Notes: a model not told the origin generated them from the letters alone. A DNA stretch of 51,610 nt from a virus (IMGVR_UViG_3300021142_001969:1-51610); one strand, 5' to 3'. Positions 37,946 through 45,757 are shown, counted from the first letter of the stretch. Made by a program: numbers and translations.

Positions 37946-38584
37946 ATGAAACATAAAATAATAGTCATAGGGGTATTTATGGCATGGATATTTGTTGTTA
38001 TTTGTGCTTTGTCAAGTTGCAATGTTTCCAAACACATCAATAAGACTAGCACAGATAGCACAAGTGTTGTTAAGAAAGATTCTGCAAATAGTTCAATAGC
38101 TAACCTAAGTAAGTCAGATGGCAGCACTACCAGTGATAGTAGTAGTCTTGATATTGAGCTTTACAATCCTTTGCAAAATGATACTCCTAATGTTCAGACA
38201 GGAGATATTGAACAACCAAAACTAAATCCTGCTAAAGGGAGTTCTGTTCATATTACACCTAAAAAAGATGGAGGATTTGATATTGAATCAAACACTCCGA
38301 TTAAATCAATTAAAACTAAATCGAGCAAAACTACCGAGCAGCATAAGACAACCGATTCATCTAATGTCAAGGTTAATACTATTCATACTTCAGATAGTAG
38401 TCATTTAGTGAAAGATGTTAAGACTGTTGATAAGGTGAGTAAATCGGCTATTAGCTTCTTTGACTGGATAGCTATTGTCATTGGTGGTATTGTAGTGGTT
38501 TATATCGCTGCTGCAATTTATTTGAAAGCTAATCCATTAGCCTGGATATTGGGATTTGTAAGAAAGAAAACAGGGGAGGTATAA
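37946..38584 (+). CDS. Putative unimolecular spanin
   Basis: Lipobox LSSC after a hydrophobic signal, Ser/Thr/Lys-rich middle, C-terminal TM. Confidence 0.65.
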   Translation: MKHKIIVIGVFMAWIFVVICALSSCNVSKHINKTSTDSTSVVKKDSANSSIANLSKSDGSTTSDSSSLDIELYNPLQNDTPNVQTGDIEQPKLNPAKGSSVHITPKKDGGFDIESNTPIKSIKTKSSKTTEQHKTTDSSNVKVNTIHTSDSSHLVKDVKTVDKVSKSAISFFDWIAIVIGGIVVVYIAAAIYLKANPLAWILGFVRKKTGEV

Positions 38585-38585
38585 T

Positions 38586-38786
38586 ATGCTATCAATAATA
38601 CTACATGTCTATTTCGTAGTGAATATCTTCTTAACTGGAGTAGCGTTCGATAAATATGATTTTACCAAAGAAGGATTTTCATTTAAAGGATTGTCTCAGT
38701 ATATAGCACTGCTATTCTTTGGCACCCTGATAGGTATTTACATAACAGCAATATTGCCATTAACGGACGATAAAGAATCAAATTAA
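38586..38786 (+). CDS. Small 2-TM membrane protein
   Basis: Two hydrophobic stretches. Confidence 0.6.
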   Translation: MLSIILHVYFVVNIFLTGVAFDKYDFTKEGFSFKGLSQYIALLFFGTLIGIYITAILPLTDDKESN

Positions 38787-38791
38787 ACAAA

Positions 38792-39457
38792 ATGAAAAAA
38801 TTACTACTTATCATTTTCCTGATGTCGGGAATATGTTCTTTCGCGCAACATACAATCGAAGTTAAGCACCAGTATTACACCTTAGAATTTGACACAGTTC
38901 TAAAGTCTCCATTAGTAAGTTGGTATATCCAGACTACAGCACATGCAACTTCTACAAATAAAATTGACCGTAAGACTGTTGCTGCTTTCCATCAGGATCC
39001 GTTAATAAATTCAAAGTATCAGGTAGCCAATAATAAGGAATACCTTAGAAACGGCAAGTTCGATAAAGGACACCTATCTCCATATAGTGCCTTTTACTTT
39101 GATTTAACCGCAGCTAAAGAAAGTATGTTCTATACCAATACTGCACCTCAGTACAGCTTCTTTAACGAGCATCCACATGAAAGGTTGGAACAGTACGTTT
39201 TAAAGACATTAGCCCCGGAGCATGATAGTATTTATGTTTATACCGGTTGTTTGTACGGTAATAATAAAATGAAGAATTGCCCAATTCCTGATTACTACTG
39301 GAAGGTAATAGTATATGATAATGGAAGTAAAGTAGAGCAATGGTTAGAGCCTAATGAAATTACCGATAACTCTGATTATACAAGATACTCAGTAAGTATG
39401 GAAATTTTAAAGAAAAAAATATTTGAGTATTACCCCAAACTAAAACTACCGTTTTGA
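38792..39457 (+). CDS. Secreted DNA/RNA non-specific endonuclease (NucA/EndA beta-beta-alpha-Me family)
   Basis: Signal peptide ending SFA|Q; FDKGHL, SMFYTNTAPQ..FN, IPDYYWKVI. Confidence 0.9.
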   Translation: MKKLLLIIFLMSGICSFAQHTIEVKHQYYTLEFDTVLKSPLVSWYIQTTAHATSTNKIDRKTVAAFHQDPLINSKYQVANNKEYLRNGKFDKGHLSPYSAFYFDLTAAKESMFYTNTAPQYSFFNEHPHERLEQYVLKTLAPEHDSIYVYTGCLYGNNKMKNCPIPDYYWKVIVYDNGSKVEQWLEPNEITDNSDYTRYSVSMEILKKKIFEYYPKLKLPF

Positions 39458-39657
39458 AAATAGAAATACTTTGCGATATAGATAGCAATTTCCCAAATAA
39501 AAGTAAAGGGCATAAAGTGAATTATGCTAAGAAAGGGGAAAAGCTTTTAGCCATCGAAAGAACGGACGGGCAAAGTATTTTAGTCAGACACCCAAAAAAC
39601 AATTTTATTCTATTTAAAACCGAAGAAAATAAAAAGTATAAAATCATACAGCTATGA
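39454..39657 (+). CDS. Small SH3-like hypothetical protein
   Basis: TTG start overlapping the upstream stop; YAKKGEKL. Confidence 0.5.
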   Translation: MKIEILCDIDSNFPNKSKGHKVNYAKKGEKLLAIERTDGQSILVRHPKNNFILFKTEENKKYKIIQL

Positions 39658-39833
39658 CAACAGAATTTAAAAACTACATCAAAGAATTAGAGATTAATAA
39701 ATTCGATTGTAGTTTGGACATTAAGTCTTATTGGCAGCAAATTTAATGGCTGAAGGAAAAGAAGGCAAACGCAATAGGGCAATTAAAAATAGTAAATAGA
39801 CAATTGGAAATAGCAAAAATAAGAAAGAATTAA
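39654..39833 (+). pseudogene. 60-codon frame interrupted by in-frame TAA at 39744-46
   Basis: ATGA-coupled start; the frame continues to TAA 39833, 2 nt before the endolysin ATG. Confidence 0.55.
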
Positions 39834-39835
39834 TT

Positions 39836-40438
39836 ATGGATTTACCATTATCACAACATCAAGCCGTTATGGCAGCAAATTGGATGGAACTTAATTTTGG
39901 AGACAAGATTAAAGCTGCTACATCTAACAGTAAATTCACTCCTGATATTATTATTGCTATCGCTTTGCAAGAATCCGCTATTGATTGGATTGGATGGATT
40001 AAGAAGTACACGCCAGCGCAGATATTAGCACTTTGTATTTCCGACCCGACAGGAGACCAGCCCGATACAGTTAGAAATGTTTTCCCGAAAGATTTGGCAC
40101 ACTTCAAATTAGTGTATCCTGATTTAGCAGATATGTTAGTGGCAGAAGGAAATAAATACAGAGCTGCTAAGGGGTGGAGTCCGAGACAATGGCTTTGCAA
40201 AGCTTACGGAATATTTCAGTATGATATTCAGGCCATAACTACAGATAAAGATTTCTTCGCGAATAAAAGATGGTATGATTTCGATTACTGTCTTAATAGG
40301 CTTATGCAAGAGCTTCACACCAAAATAGAAATGACAGGCGATGTGTGGGGAGCGATAAAGCATTACAACGGCTCAGGGGCTGCCGCTGATGCTTATATGC
40401 TGAATGTAAAACAGTTTCACGACTGGATAACAACATAG
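39836..40438 (+). CDS. Endolysin, lysozyme/SLT-like fold
   Basis: IALQES, YGIFQYD, HYNG. Confidence 0.8.
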   Translation: MDLPLSQHQAVMAANWMELNFGDKIKAATSNSKFTPDIIIAIALQESAIDWIGWIKKYTPAQILALCISDPTGDQPDTVRNVFPKDLAHFKLVYPDLADMLVAEGNKYRAAKGWSPRQWLCKAYGIFQYDIQAITTDKDFFANKRWYDFDYCLNRLMQELHTKIEMTGDVWGAIKHYNGSGAAADAYMLNVKQFHDWITT

Positions 40439-40466
40439 GGTACTTTTACTATACTATACACAATAC

Positions 40467-40495
40467 GGGGCTGCTATTCTTAGCGGCCTTTTTTT
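40467..40495 (+). terminator. Late-operon terminator
   Basis: GGGGCTGCTA-TTCT-TAGCGGCCTT plus T tract. Confidence 0.85.
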
Positions 40496-40497
40496 AT

Positions 40498-41679
40498 CTA
40501 AAACTTATTCCCTACAGCTCTTAATCTCTGATGTATTCTTTCTTTTTCACCAACTGCATAGTGAGCCATGGTTACAACCGTTGTAGTATGTCCAGCCATG
40601 CTAGCTGCTGCCTGTAAATCTAATATTGCTGCAGTCTCATCCAGATTCAAATGTTTAAGGCTGTAGAAGTCTGCTGTAATGCCTAATGGCTTTTTAACTA
40701 ACCGGTACCATCTTTTAGTTATTTGAATTGGGGTAATAGGTAGTGCTCCTGGTTTTAAATCGTAACTAAATATATAATCTCCATCTTTTGAATTTTGGAC
40801 AGAATTAGTCCAAAAGGGTAAAGCCACATCTTTTATAACCTTCATTACTTCTTTCCTGCTCCTACCCTTCTTAACAACTATTTTAAACCGTTGGTTCTTT
40901 AAATCAACATCTTCTTTTTTAATAAGTAGTAGTTCGCTAATTCTTGCGCCTGAATGGAAGAAGATTTGTAAGAAGTTCCAAAATGTAGGATATTTACTTT
41001 CCACATGATCGGTAACCATCTTTCGTTCTTTCTCGGTTAGAGTAGTCCTTATTTTCTTCAGCACTTCTTTTTTAGCTATCCCAATAATCGGATTAAACTC
41101 CATCGCCTCCAGTTCTACCAGCTCTTTAAAAATGATAGACATATACTTCCGGTAATTATTGAAAGTATTATTACTCCAATTGTTCTTACCTCCTAAGTAG
41201 TCAAAGATGGCGCGAATATGTTTGCGCTTGATTTCTCCTATTTGGACCATATCATAGCGAAGTTTTTTAGCTCCAGTTTCGAAGTGCCGGAACATTCCGA
41301 CAATCCCCTGCCTGGTCTTAGGTTCTAAAGTCAGCTTATCGAGAGCTTTGGCCATCGCTTCCAAAAGATAAATCCGGGGGTTAATTTCTTCCTCGCTTGC
41401 AATTATTCCAGTTATAGGGTTATAGCCAGATAAGAGTAAGGAAAGCTCATTATCGATTAATATTTGGGTATCGCTCCTTCTATCTTCCCTGGTCTTGGAG
41501 CTGTTCATCCCTTTAATGATCTTCAGCTTAGGCGCAATCTTACCATTTTTTAAAATTGTTGGGTCGTAGAACCGGTATTGAATATACCAGTCTTTGCTTG
41601 TGGTAGCTCTTAATGTTTTCCAATTTGTCGGGTTAACCTTCAATTCCGAGCAATAACATCCATTAGGTAGTTGTATCAT
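40498..41679 (-). CDS. int: Tyrosine integrase
   Basis: SGARISELL, YSLKH, MAGH, HY; adjacent to a tRNA-derived att core. Confidence 0.93.
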   Translation of the reverse strand: MIQLPNGCYCSELKVNPTNWKTLRATTSKDWYIQYRFYDPTILKNGKIAPKLKIIKGMNSSKTREDRRSDTQILIDNELSLLLSGYNPITGIIASEEEINPRIYLLEAMAKALDKLTLEPKTRQGIVGMFRHFETGAKKLRYDMVQIGEIKRKHIRAIFDYLGGKNNWSNNTFNNYRKYMSIIFKELVELEAMEFNPIIGIAKKEVLKKIRTTLTEKERKMVTDHVESKYPTFWNFLQIFFHSGARISELLLIKKEDVDLKNQRFKIVVKKGRSRKEVMKVIKDVALPFWTNSVQNSKDGDYIFSYDLKPGALPITPIQITKRWYRLVKKPLGITADFYSLKHLNLDETAAILDLQAAASMAGHTTTVVTMAHYAVGEKERIHQRLRAVGNKF

Positions 41680-41690
41680 ACATTCAATAT

Positions 41691-41712
41691 TTTGTTAACG
41701 ATTGTGTTAACT
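41691..41712. promoter_or_regulatory. Integrase arm-type site pair (left)
   Basis: TGTTAACGATTGTGTTAAC, near-identical to the right-hand pair. Confidence 0.65.
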
Positions 41713-41745
41713 GTTGATAAAATCTACCGTAAAATTGAGAGGGGT

Positions 41746-41780
41746 AAAAACGCCTGAAAGTCAATGCCAACAGGCGTTTT
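41746..41780 (-). terminator. Terminator between attP and int
   Basis: AAAACGCCTG/CAGGCGTTTT inverted repeat with T tract on the minus strand. Confidence 0.7.
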
Positions 41781-41786
41781 CGTAAT

Positions 41787-41830
41787 GTGAACCGGATTGG
41801 ATTCGAACCAATGACCTATAGCTTAGAAGG
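41787..41830 (-). other. attP core = 3' half of tRNA-Arg(TCT)
   Basis: Minus strand CCTTCTAAGCTATAGGTCATTGGTTCGAATCCAATCCGGTTCAC: anticodon loop, T-arm, acceptor 3' strand; no 5' half. Confidence 0.88.
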
Positions 41831-41869
41831 GAGCTTTTAGCCCTTGTTTCTCAATATTTACGATAGAGA

Positions 41870-42187
41870 TTATCTCTGTTTTGTCGATTTTGTTGTTTTC
41901 GTGTTAACGATTTTGTTAACCGGCTTATCCCTGAATATATTCTTTTCTAAACCCATAATCCAGTTAGCGTTAACGTTATATATTTTACAGATTGCTTCTA
42001 TATGCGCAATCTTAAATCTTTGTTTGCCGGTTGTTACCTGATGAATATGTTGTTGATGTAATGTACAGTGACCATGTTCAGTTACATACTCGCAGAACTG
42101 CTTTTTCGTTTCAATTTTACCAGATGCCAATAGTTTGTCTATAAGCTCGAGCATTCTTTGATCTGATATGGCTAATTGTAAGGTCAT
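41870..42187 (-). CDS. XRE-like HTH protein
   Basis: HIEAICKIYNVNANWIMG. Confidence 0.75.
   Translation of the reverse strand: MTLQLAISDQRMLELIDKLLASGKIETKKQFCEYVTEHGHCTLHQQHIHQVTTGKQRFKIAHIEAICKIYNVNANWIMGLEKNIFRDKPVNKIVNTKTTKSTKQR
41901..41921. promoter_or_regulatory. Integrase arm-type site pair (right)
   Basis: TGTTAACGATTTTGTTAAC. Confidence 0.65.
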
Positions 42188-42705
42188 TAGAAATTATTAT
42201 CTATAGCTTTTAGCATTGCAGCTTTGAACCTTGAAATTATATCCTTGCAACTTTCATCAATTCTTTGGATAAACTTACTATTACTTCTAGGGTGTTTAAT
42301 AATATTTTCTGCCGGCATATCAATTTTTCCGTGAGCAGAACTAGCTGGTATTGATACATAAATATTGTATAATTGTATTCTGTATTTATTATCCTTTACG
42401 GTTATGTTTATTACATAGTATATATCTTGCTCTAATGGACCAGTCATAAAATTGCCAACAGATTTTTGCGTGTATCCCTTACCCATAATAATACCACCAT
42501 CTTTATCATCAATCTGTAATACATCTTTTCCGCTATTAAAAGTATTTACAAACCAGGCTTTTGCTTTCATAAAAGCTTCAGCTTTATTTAAAGGTGTGCT
42601 GTCTATGGATTCATAGAATACTTTCCCTTCTTTCAGTGGAAGTTCTGTTTGTCCAAATCCATTAACCGAAATTGCGATTAATGCAACTAATAATATGTGT
42701 TTCAT
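42187..42705 (-). CDS. Exported DUF4468-like (TBP-like fold) protein
   Basis: Signal peptide ending GFG|Q; KAWFVNTFNSGKDVLQIDDKDGGIIMGKG, VKDNKYR. Confidence 0.8.
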   Translation of the reverse strand: MKHILLVALIAISVNGFGQTELPLKEGKVFYESIDSTPLNKAEAFMKAKAWFVNTFNSGKDVLQIDDKDGGIIMGKGYTQKSVGNFMTGPLEQDIYYVINITVKDNKYRIQLYNIYVSIPASSAHGKIDMPAENIIKHPRSNSKFIQRIDESCKDIISRFKAAMLKAIDNNF

Positions 42706-42715
42706 AATTTTTGTA

Positions 42716-42919
42716 TTAAATTTCTGAATCTACTGGCTTATCCTGCGTGAAATAAATAATGGCAATTGCAAAAGGCCACCCAAAGAGTACAGATAATAGA
42801 AGCACAAATGAAAAGCTTATATTCTTTTTTGTTTTCTCTATTCTATCAGCTAAAATTATTCCTGTAATCAGGTTATGTGATAGAATTGCAATGAAAATAG
42901 GACTTGATAAAAATTCCAT
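42716..42919 (-). CDS. Small 2-TM membrane protein
   Basis: Two hydrophobic helices; co-oriented with the repressor. Confidence 0.6.
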   Translation of the reverse strand: MEFLSSPIFIAILSHNLITGIILADRIEKTKKNISFSFVLLLSVLFGWPFAIAIIYFTQDKPVDSEI

Positions 42920-42942
42920 ATTTATTGATTTAGTTTTTAAAA

Positions 42943-43599
42943 TTAAGTTCTCTTGTTTAACCAGCCATGAATTAGCCAGATATTCTTTATCTTATCCTTT
43001 GGTAATTCAAAATCATCATATAGCTCATTCTCCGACTTTAATAAGAAGTGTGTTTGCTCCTTCTTGCTTCTTCTGATATATTTCAGATATCGTCTATTAT
43101 CAATACACACTATACCATAAATCTGACCATATTCCAAGTGACTCATCCAGTCCTCAATCTTAGTGGCAAATACTATACTTCCACTTTTTATAGTTGGCTC
43201 CATGCTGTCGCCATAAGCTCGGAACGAAATAGTTCCTCTAAATTCGGGTATGTCCATTGTATAGGCTGATTGGATCATTTGGGTATCATCGTAAAACTCA
43301 ATAGCATTACCAGCAGAAAAGTCAGCATCTATAAATTGTATCTCATTTTTATTACTACCGCTTAATTTTTTACTATGTAACTTCTCGTGGAAAGTTTGAG
43401 TATTTACATTTGTTTCAATATTCAAATCTTCATTAAACATTTGTTTCCATTTCAAGTAAAACTCAGTTTTTGGGTTTCTATCCCCTCTTTCATATAGCCC
43501 ATATAACTGGCTTGAAATGCCTAATTTTATTGACATTTCAGACTTTGATAACCCTAATAAAGCCCTTTTATTTGCTATATTCACACTTACTATACTCAT
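42943..43599 (-). CDS. cI: CI-like repressor (XRE HTH plus S24 autopeptidase)
   Basis: N-terminal HTH, SAG cleavage site, GDSMEP, LKY. Confidence 0.92.
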   Translation of the reverse strand: MSIVSVNIANKRALLGLSKSEMSIKLGISSQLYGLYERGDRNPKTEFYLKWKQMFNEDLNIETNVNTQTFHEKLHSKKLSGSNKNEIQFIDADFSAGNAIEFYDDTQMIQSAYTMDIPEFRGTISFRAYGDSMEPTIKSGSIVFATKIEDWMSHLEYGQIYGIVCIDNRRYLKYIRRSKKEQTHFLLKSENELYDDFELPKDKIKNIWLIHGWLNKRT

Positions 43600-43639
43600 T
43601 ATAAAAACATATCAAGTTATCCACATTTTAAAAATAAAT

Positions 43640-43674
43640 GAAACATTTGTTTTGCTGTACGAAACATTTGTTTA
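43640..43674. promoter_or_regulatory. Tandem putative repressor operators
   Basis: GAAACATTTGTTT at 43640 and 43661 (quasi-palindrome GAAACA-TT-TGTTTC). Confidence 0.7.
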
Positions 43675-43680
43675 TATTTG
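43651..43680 (+). promoter_or_regulatory. Early lytic promoter
   Basis: TTTG-N18-TATATTTG. Confidence 0.7.
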
Positions 43681-43690
43681 CAATGTGTTA

Positions 43691-43721
43691 CAAAGTTACA
43701 ACAAAATATGAGAATAGCAAA
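43691..43721 (-). promoter_or_regulatory. Repressor promoter
   Basis: Minus strand TTTG-N19-TAACTTTG. Confidence 0.7.
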
Positions 43722-43923
43722 TAACAGACAATTAGTTTTAAAAGAGTACTCCGATAAGTTGTTAGCTATCAGGGATTATGTTGAAGGTAAAGACATTATT
43801 CAGGCAGCGGCTAAGGTCGGGGTTGATAAAGTGACAGTTTACAGATACATAAAAGGAGAAGGTAAGAAGCATTTAATAGCTAAGAAGATTTATAATGCTT
43901 TAAGCCCACTAGCTAAAAACTAA
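43708..43923 (+). CDS. Cro-like HTH protein
   Basis: IIQAAAKVGVDKVTVYRYIKG; divergent from cI. Confidence 0.8.
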   Translation: MRIANNRQLVLKEYSDKLLAIRDYVEGKDIIQAAAKVGVDKVTVYRYIKGEGKKHLIAKKIYNALSPLAKN

Positions 43924-43926
43924 GCC

Positions 43927-44118
43927 ATGTCAAACGAGCAAGTCATAAAAGAATTAGACAGGATAATAAGAGTATCTAAGTCTGTAATTGATTCAGCCGT
44001 AAGGTTGAGAGGGCAACTGGAGGAGTTATCTCCTCCAGCTCCTACGGGGGCAGTAGTTCACAGGAGAACAGTTTTAAACCACATCCAAAGAAAGAATAAT
44101 AAAATAGTAAAAGCATAG
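43927..44118 (+). CDS. Hypothetical early protein
   Basis: Packed ORF. Confidence 0.6.
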   Translation: MSNEQVIKELDRIIRVSKSVIDSAVRLRGQLEELSPPAPTGAVVHRRTVLNHIQRKNNKIVKA

Positions 44119-44120
44119 CC

Positions 44121-44372
44121 ATGACACCGAAAACATTAACGATTACAGTAGATATACCGGCAAAGCATAGGGTTAACATTCACAAGCCTGCTGAGGTGGA
44201 AATAGAAGGGATTAGCTACCTAGCAGATAATCAGGTACCAACATTCATAATGACTAAGGCATCCTGGAAGCCGTCACATCTTCATAATGTGTTCAGCATC
44301 CCCTTAGCCTTTAAGTATATCGAAGAGACTTGCAACGCAAAGCATAAAGAATTTTTAAACACCCAAAAATAG
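44121..44372 (+). CDS. Hypothetical early protein
   Basis: Packed ORF. Confidence 0.6.
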   Translation: MTPKTLTITVDIPAKHRVNIHKPAEVEIEGISYLADNQVPTFIMTKASWKPSHLHNVFSIPLAFKYIEETCNAKHKEFLNTQK

Positions 44373-44376
44373 AAAC

Positions 44377-44661
44377 ATGAACGTTTACAAATTTAACCTC
44401 GTAAAAATCAACTCCTTAACAGGATTGCTCAATGAGATTATTGATAAGAATAACGCTGGTGCCAAACCCGTGACAGTATCTAACATTATTGGCTTTGTGT
44501 CTTGCATGGCTACTTTATACGATGCAGATTATAGCATCAAATTAAACGAGGATGAAAACAGTGTACATCTTGCTATTTACGAGAATAAAAACATAATAGC
44601 AGCTATTGCACACGATAAAGAGCCTGAATTACAATTACGTAAATCAATTAAAATCTATTAG
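44377..44661 (+). CDS. Hypothetical early protein
   Basis: Packed ORF. Confidence 0.6.
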   Translation: MNVYKFNLVKINSLTGLLNEIIDKNNAGAKPVTVSNIIGFVSCMATLYDADYSIKLNEDENSVHLAIYENKNIIAAIAHDKEPELQLRKSIKIY

Positions 44662-44663
44662 TT

Positions 44664-44933
44664 ATGATGATTTTACACTTTGGAGTAATCAATCTACCAA
44701 CAGATGCTGAGATGCTTGCATTTCAAATAGCAAAGTATAGAGAAATAGCATTAACTACTACTGATGAAGATCGTAAGAGATATGCTTTAAAGACACTAAG
44801 AGAAATTGATCATACTAACAAAAGTGGATTGTGTAAGCCATTTTCACAATCAGCAAAGAAGTTTTTTTTAGGGTTTCATGGAATAATGGGTAAAAATACC
44901 CCATCCGTTTCTACGGGTTTGGGGTTTAATTAG
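44664..44933 (+). CDS. Hypothetical early protein
   Basis: Packed ORF; 3' end overlaps hairpin 44898-44925. Confidence 0.6.
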   Translation: MMILHFGVINLPTDAEMLAFQIAKYREIALTTTDEDRKRYALKTLREIDHTNKSGLCKPFSQSAKKFFLGFHGIMGKNTPSVSTGLGFN

Positions 44934-44965
44934 GATTTATTTAATCATCATATAAAACAAAAAAA

Positions 44966-45205
44966 ATGAAAGTAAAAATGTTCAGAGATTCAGCAGCTAT
45001 CGAAAACAATGGTGCAAGTGCATCTGTTCCACAGGAAACAGCAAATCCTACTCCGGTAGAAGAACCAAAACAAGAGTCAGGTTTTGAAAAACTTGAAGAC
45101 AAGTTGGAGGAGATTGGAGAAGAAATTAAAGAGGAAGTGAAAGAAGTGATTGAGGAAGTGAAGGAATTCATTGAAGGTGATGACGCACCTGAGACAGAAG
45201 AGTAA
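44966..45205 (+). CDS. Highly acidic small protein
   Basis: EEIGEEIKEEVKEVIEEVKEFIE. Confidence 0.7.
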   Translation: MKVKMFRDSAAIENNGASASVPQETANPTPVEEPKQESGFEKLEDKLEEIGEEIKEEVKEVIEEVKEFIEGDDAPETEE

Positions 45206-45286
45206 TTCTTACTAAGAGTTTTTCATATGGCAAGCAATCGTTAACCGCCCTGAGGTTTTTACCTGTAAGGGCTTAATTTAAAAATA

Positions 45287-45296
45287 GTTCATTGAA
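45287..45296 (+). promoter_or_regulatory. boxA-like antitermination element
   Basis: GTTCATTGAA after hairpin 45247-45272, at the start of the RNA cluster; resembles rrn boxA. Confidence 0.5.
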
Positions 45297-45324
45297 GATA
45301 TATTCATCCGTCATTATGTTGAAT

Positions 45325-45426
45325 TGTGGTAGTAAGCGGATAGGACCACAGCCAAGCCCCTACGGCTTATCACGGGAAAACAATTTCCAGAAAGGGGCGA
45401 AATCGTGACAGCCTGGAAAGACAGGC
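45325..45426 (+). ncRNA. Structured RNA element upstream of tRNA
   Basis: TGTGGT/ACCACA, GCCCCT/AGGGGC, TCACG/CGTGA, GGAAA/TTTCC, GCCTG-GAAAGA-CAGGC. Confidence 0.5.
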
Positions 45427-45431
45427 AATAT

Positions 45432-45505
45432 AGCAGGGTGGAGCAGTTGGTTAGCTCAGTAGTCTCATAATCTACAAGTCGCTGGTTCGAGTCCAGCCCC
45501 TGCAA
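45432..45505 (+). tRNA. tRNA-Met(CAT), initiator-like body; CCA not encoded
   Basis: AGCAGGG/CCCTGCA, D-arm GAGC/GCTC, loop CTCATAA, T-arm GCTGG-TTCGAGT-CCAGC. Confidence 0.92.
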
Positions 45506-45671
45506 CACAACCGGGTAACCGGATAGTAAGCAAAGAGAGATAACTCTATAAAACTGACAAGAACGGAAAGACGTACGACCCTATGGAGGTACATATCCAT
45601 AGTCCCTACGGTTGAGCCGTAAGCATAGATGCAGGGCGCTCTGGTATTGGCTTTAATACTTAGTTCTTATC

Positions 45672-45742
45672 CCTTCCGTAGTTCACGGCAGTAACTGAAA
45701 AGATATTTCAAAGTAGGTTGACAAGAAACGATAAGCGGAAGG
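45672..45742 (+). ncRNA. tRNA-like element
   Basis: 7-bp CCTTCCG/CGGAAGG, TA, D-like GTTCACGGCAGTAAC, TGAAA/TTTCA arm; no TTC T-loop. Confidence 0.5.
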
Positions 45743-45757
45743 TTTTTTAAAACATTT

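Noticed and set aside
39744-39746. Stop-codon reassignment
   Set aside because: Single case; TAA, TAG and TGA all end genes normally, and there is no suppressor tRNA
41787-41830. Second complete tRNA gene
   Set aside because: Only the 3' half is present; interpreted as the attP core
45325-45410. HDV-like/theta or pistol ribozyme
   Set aside because: P1-like GTGGTAG/TTATCAC and GGCGAA are present, but no P2 pairing or proper L3 can be built; pistol consensus not met by eye
45314-45508. 64-aa minus-strand ORF
   Set aside because: Antisense shadow of the tRNA
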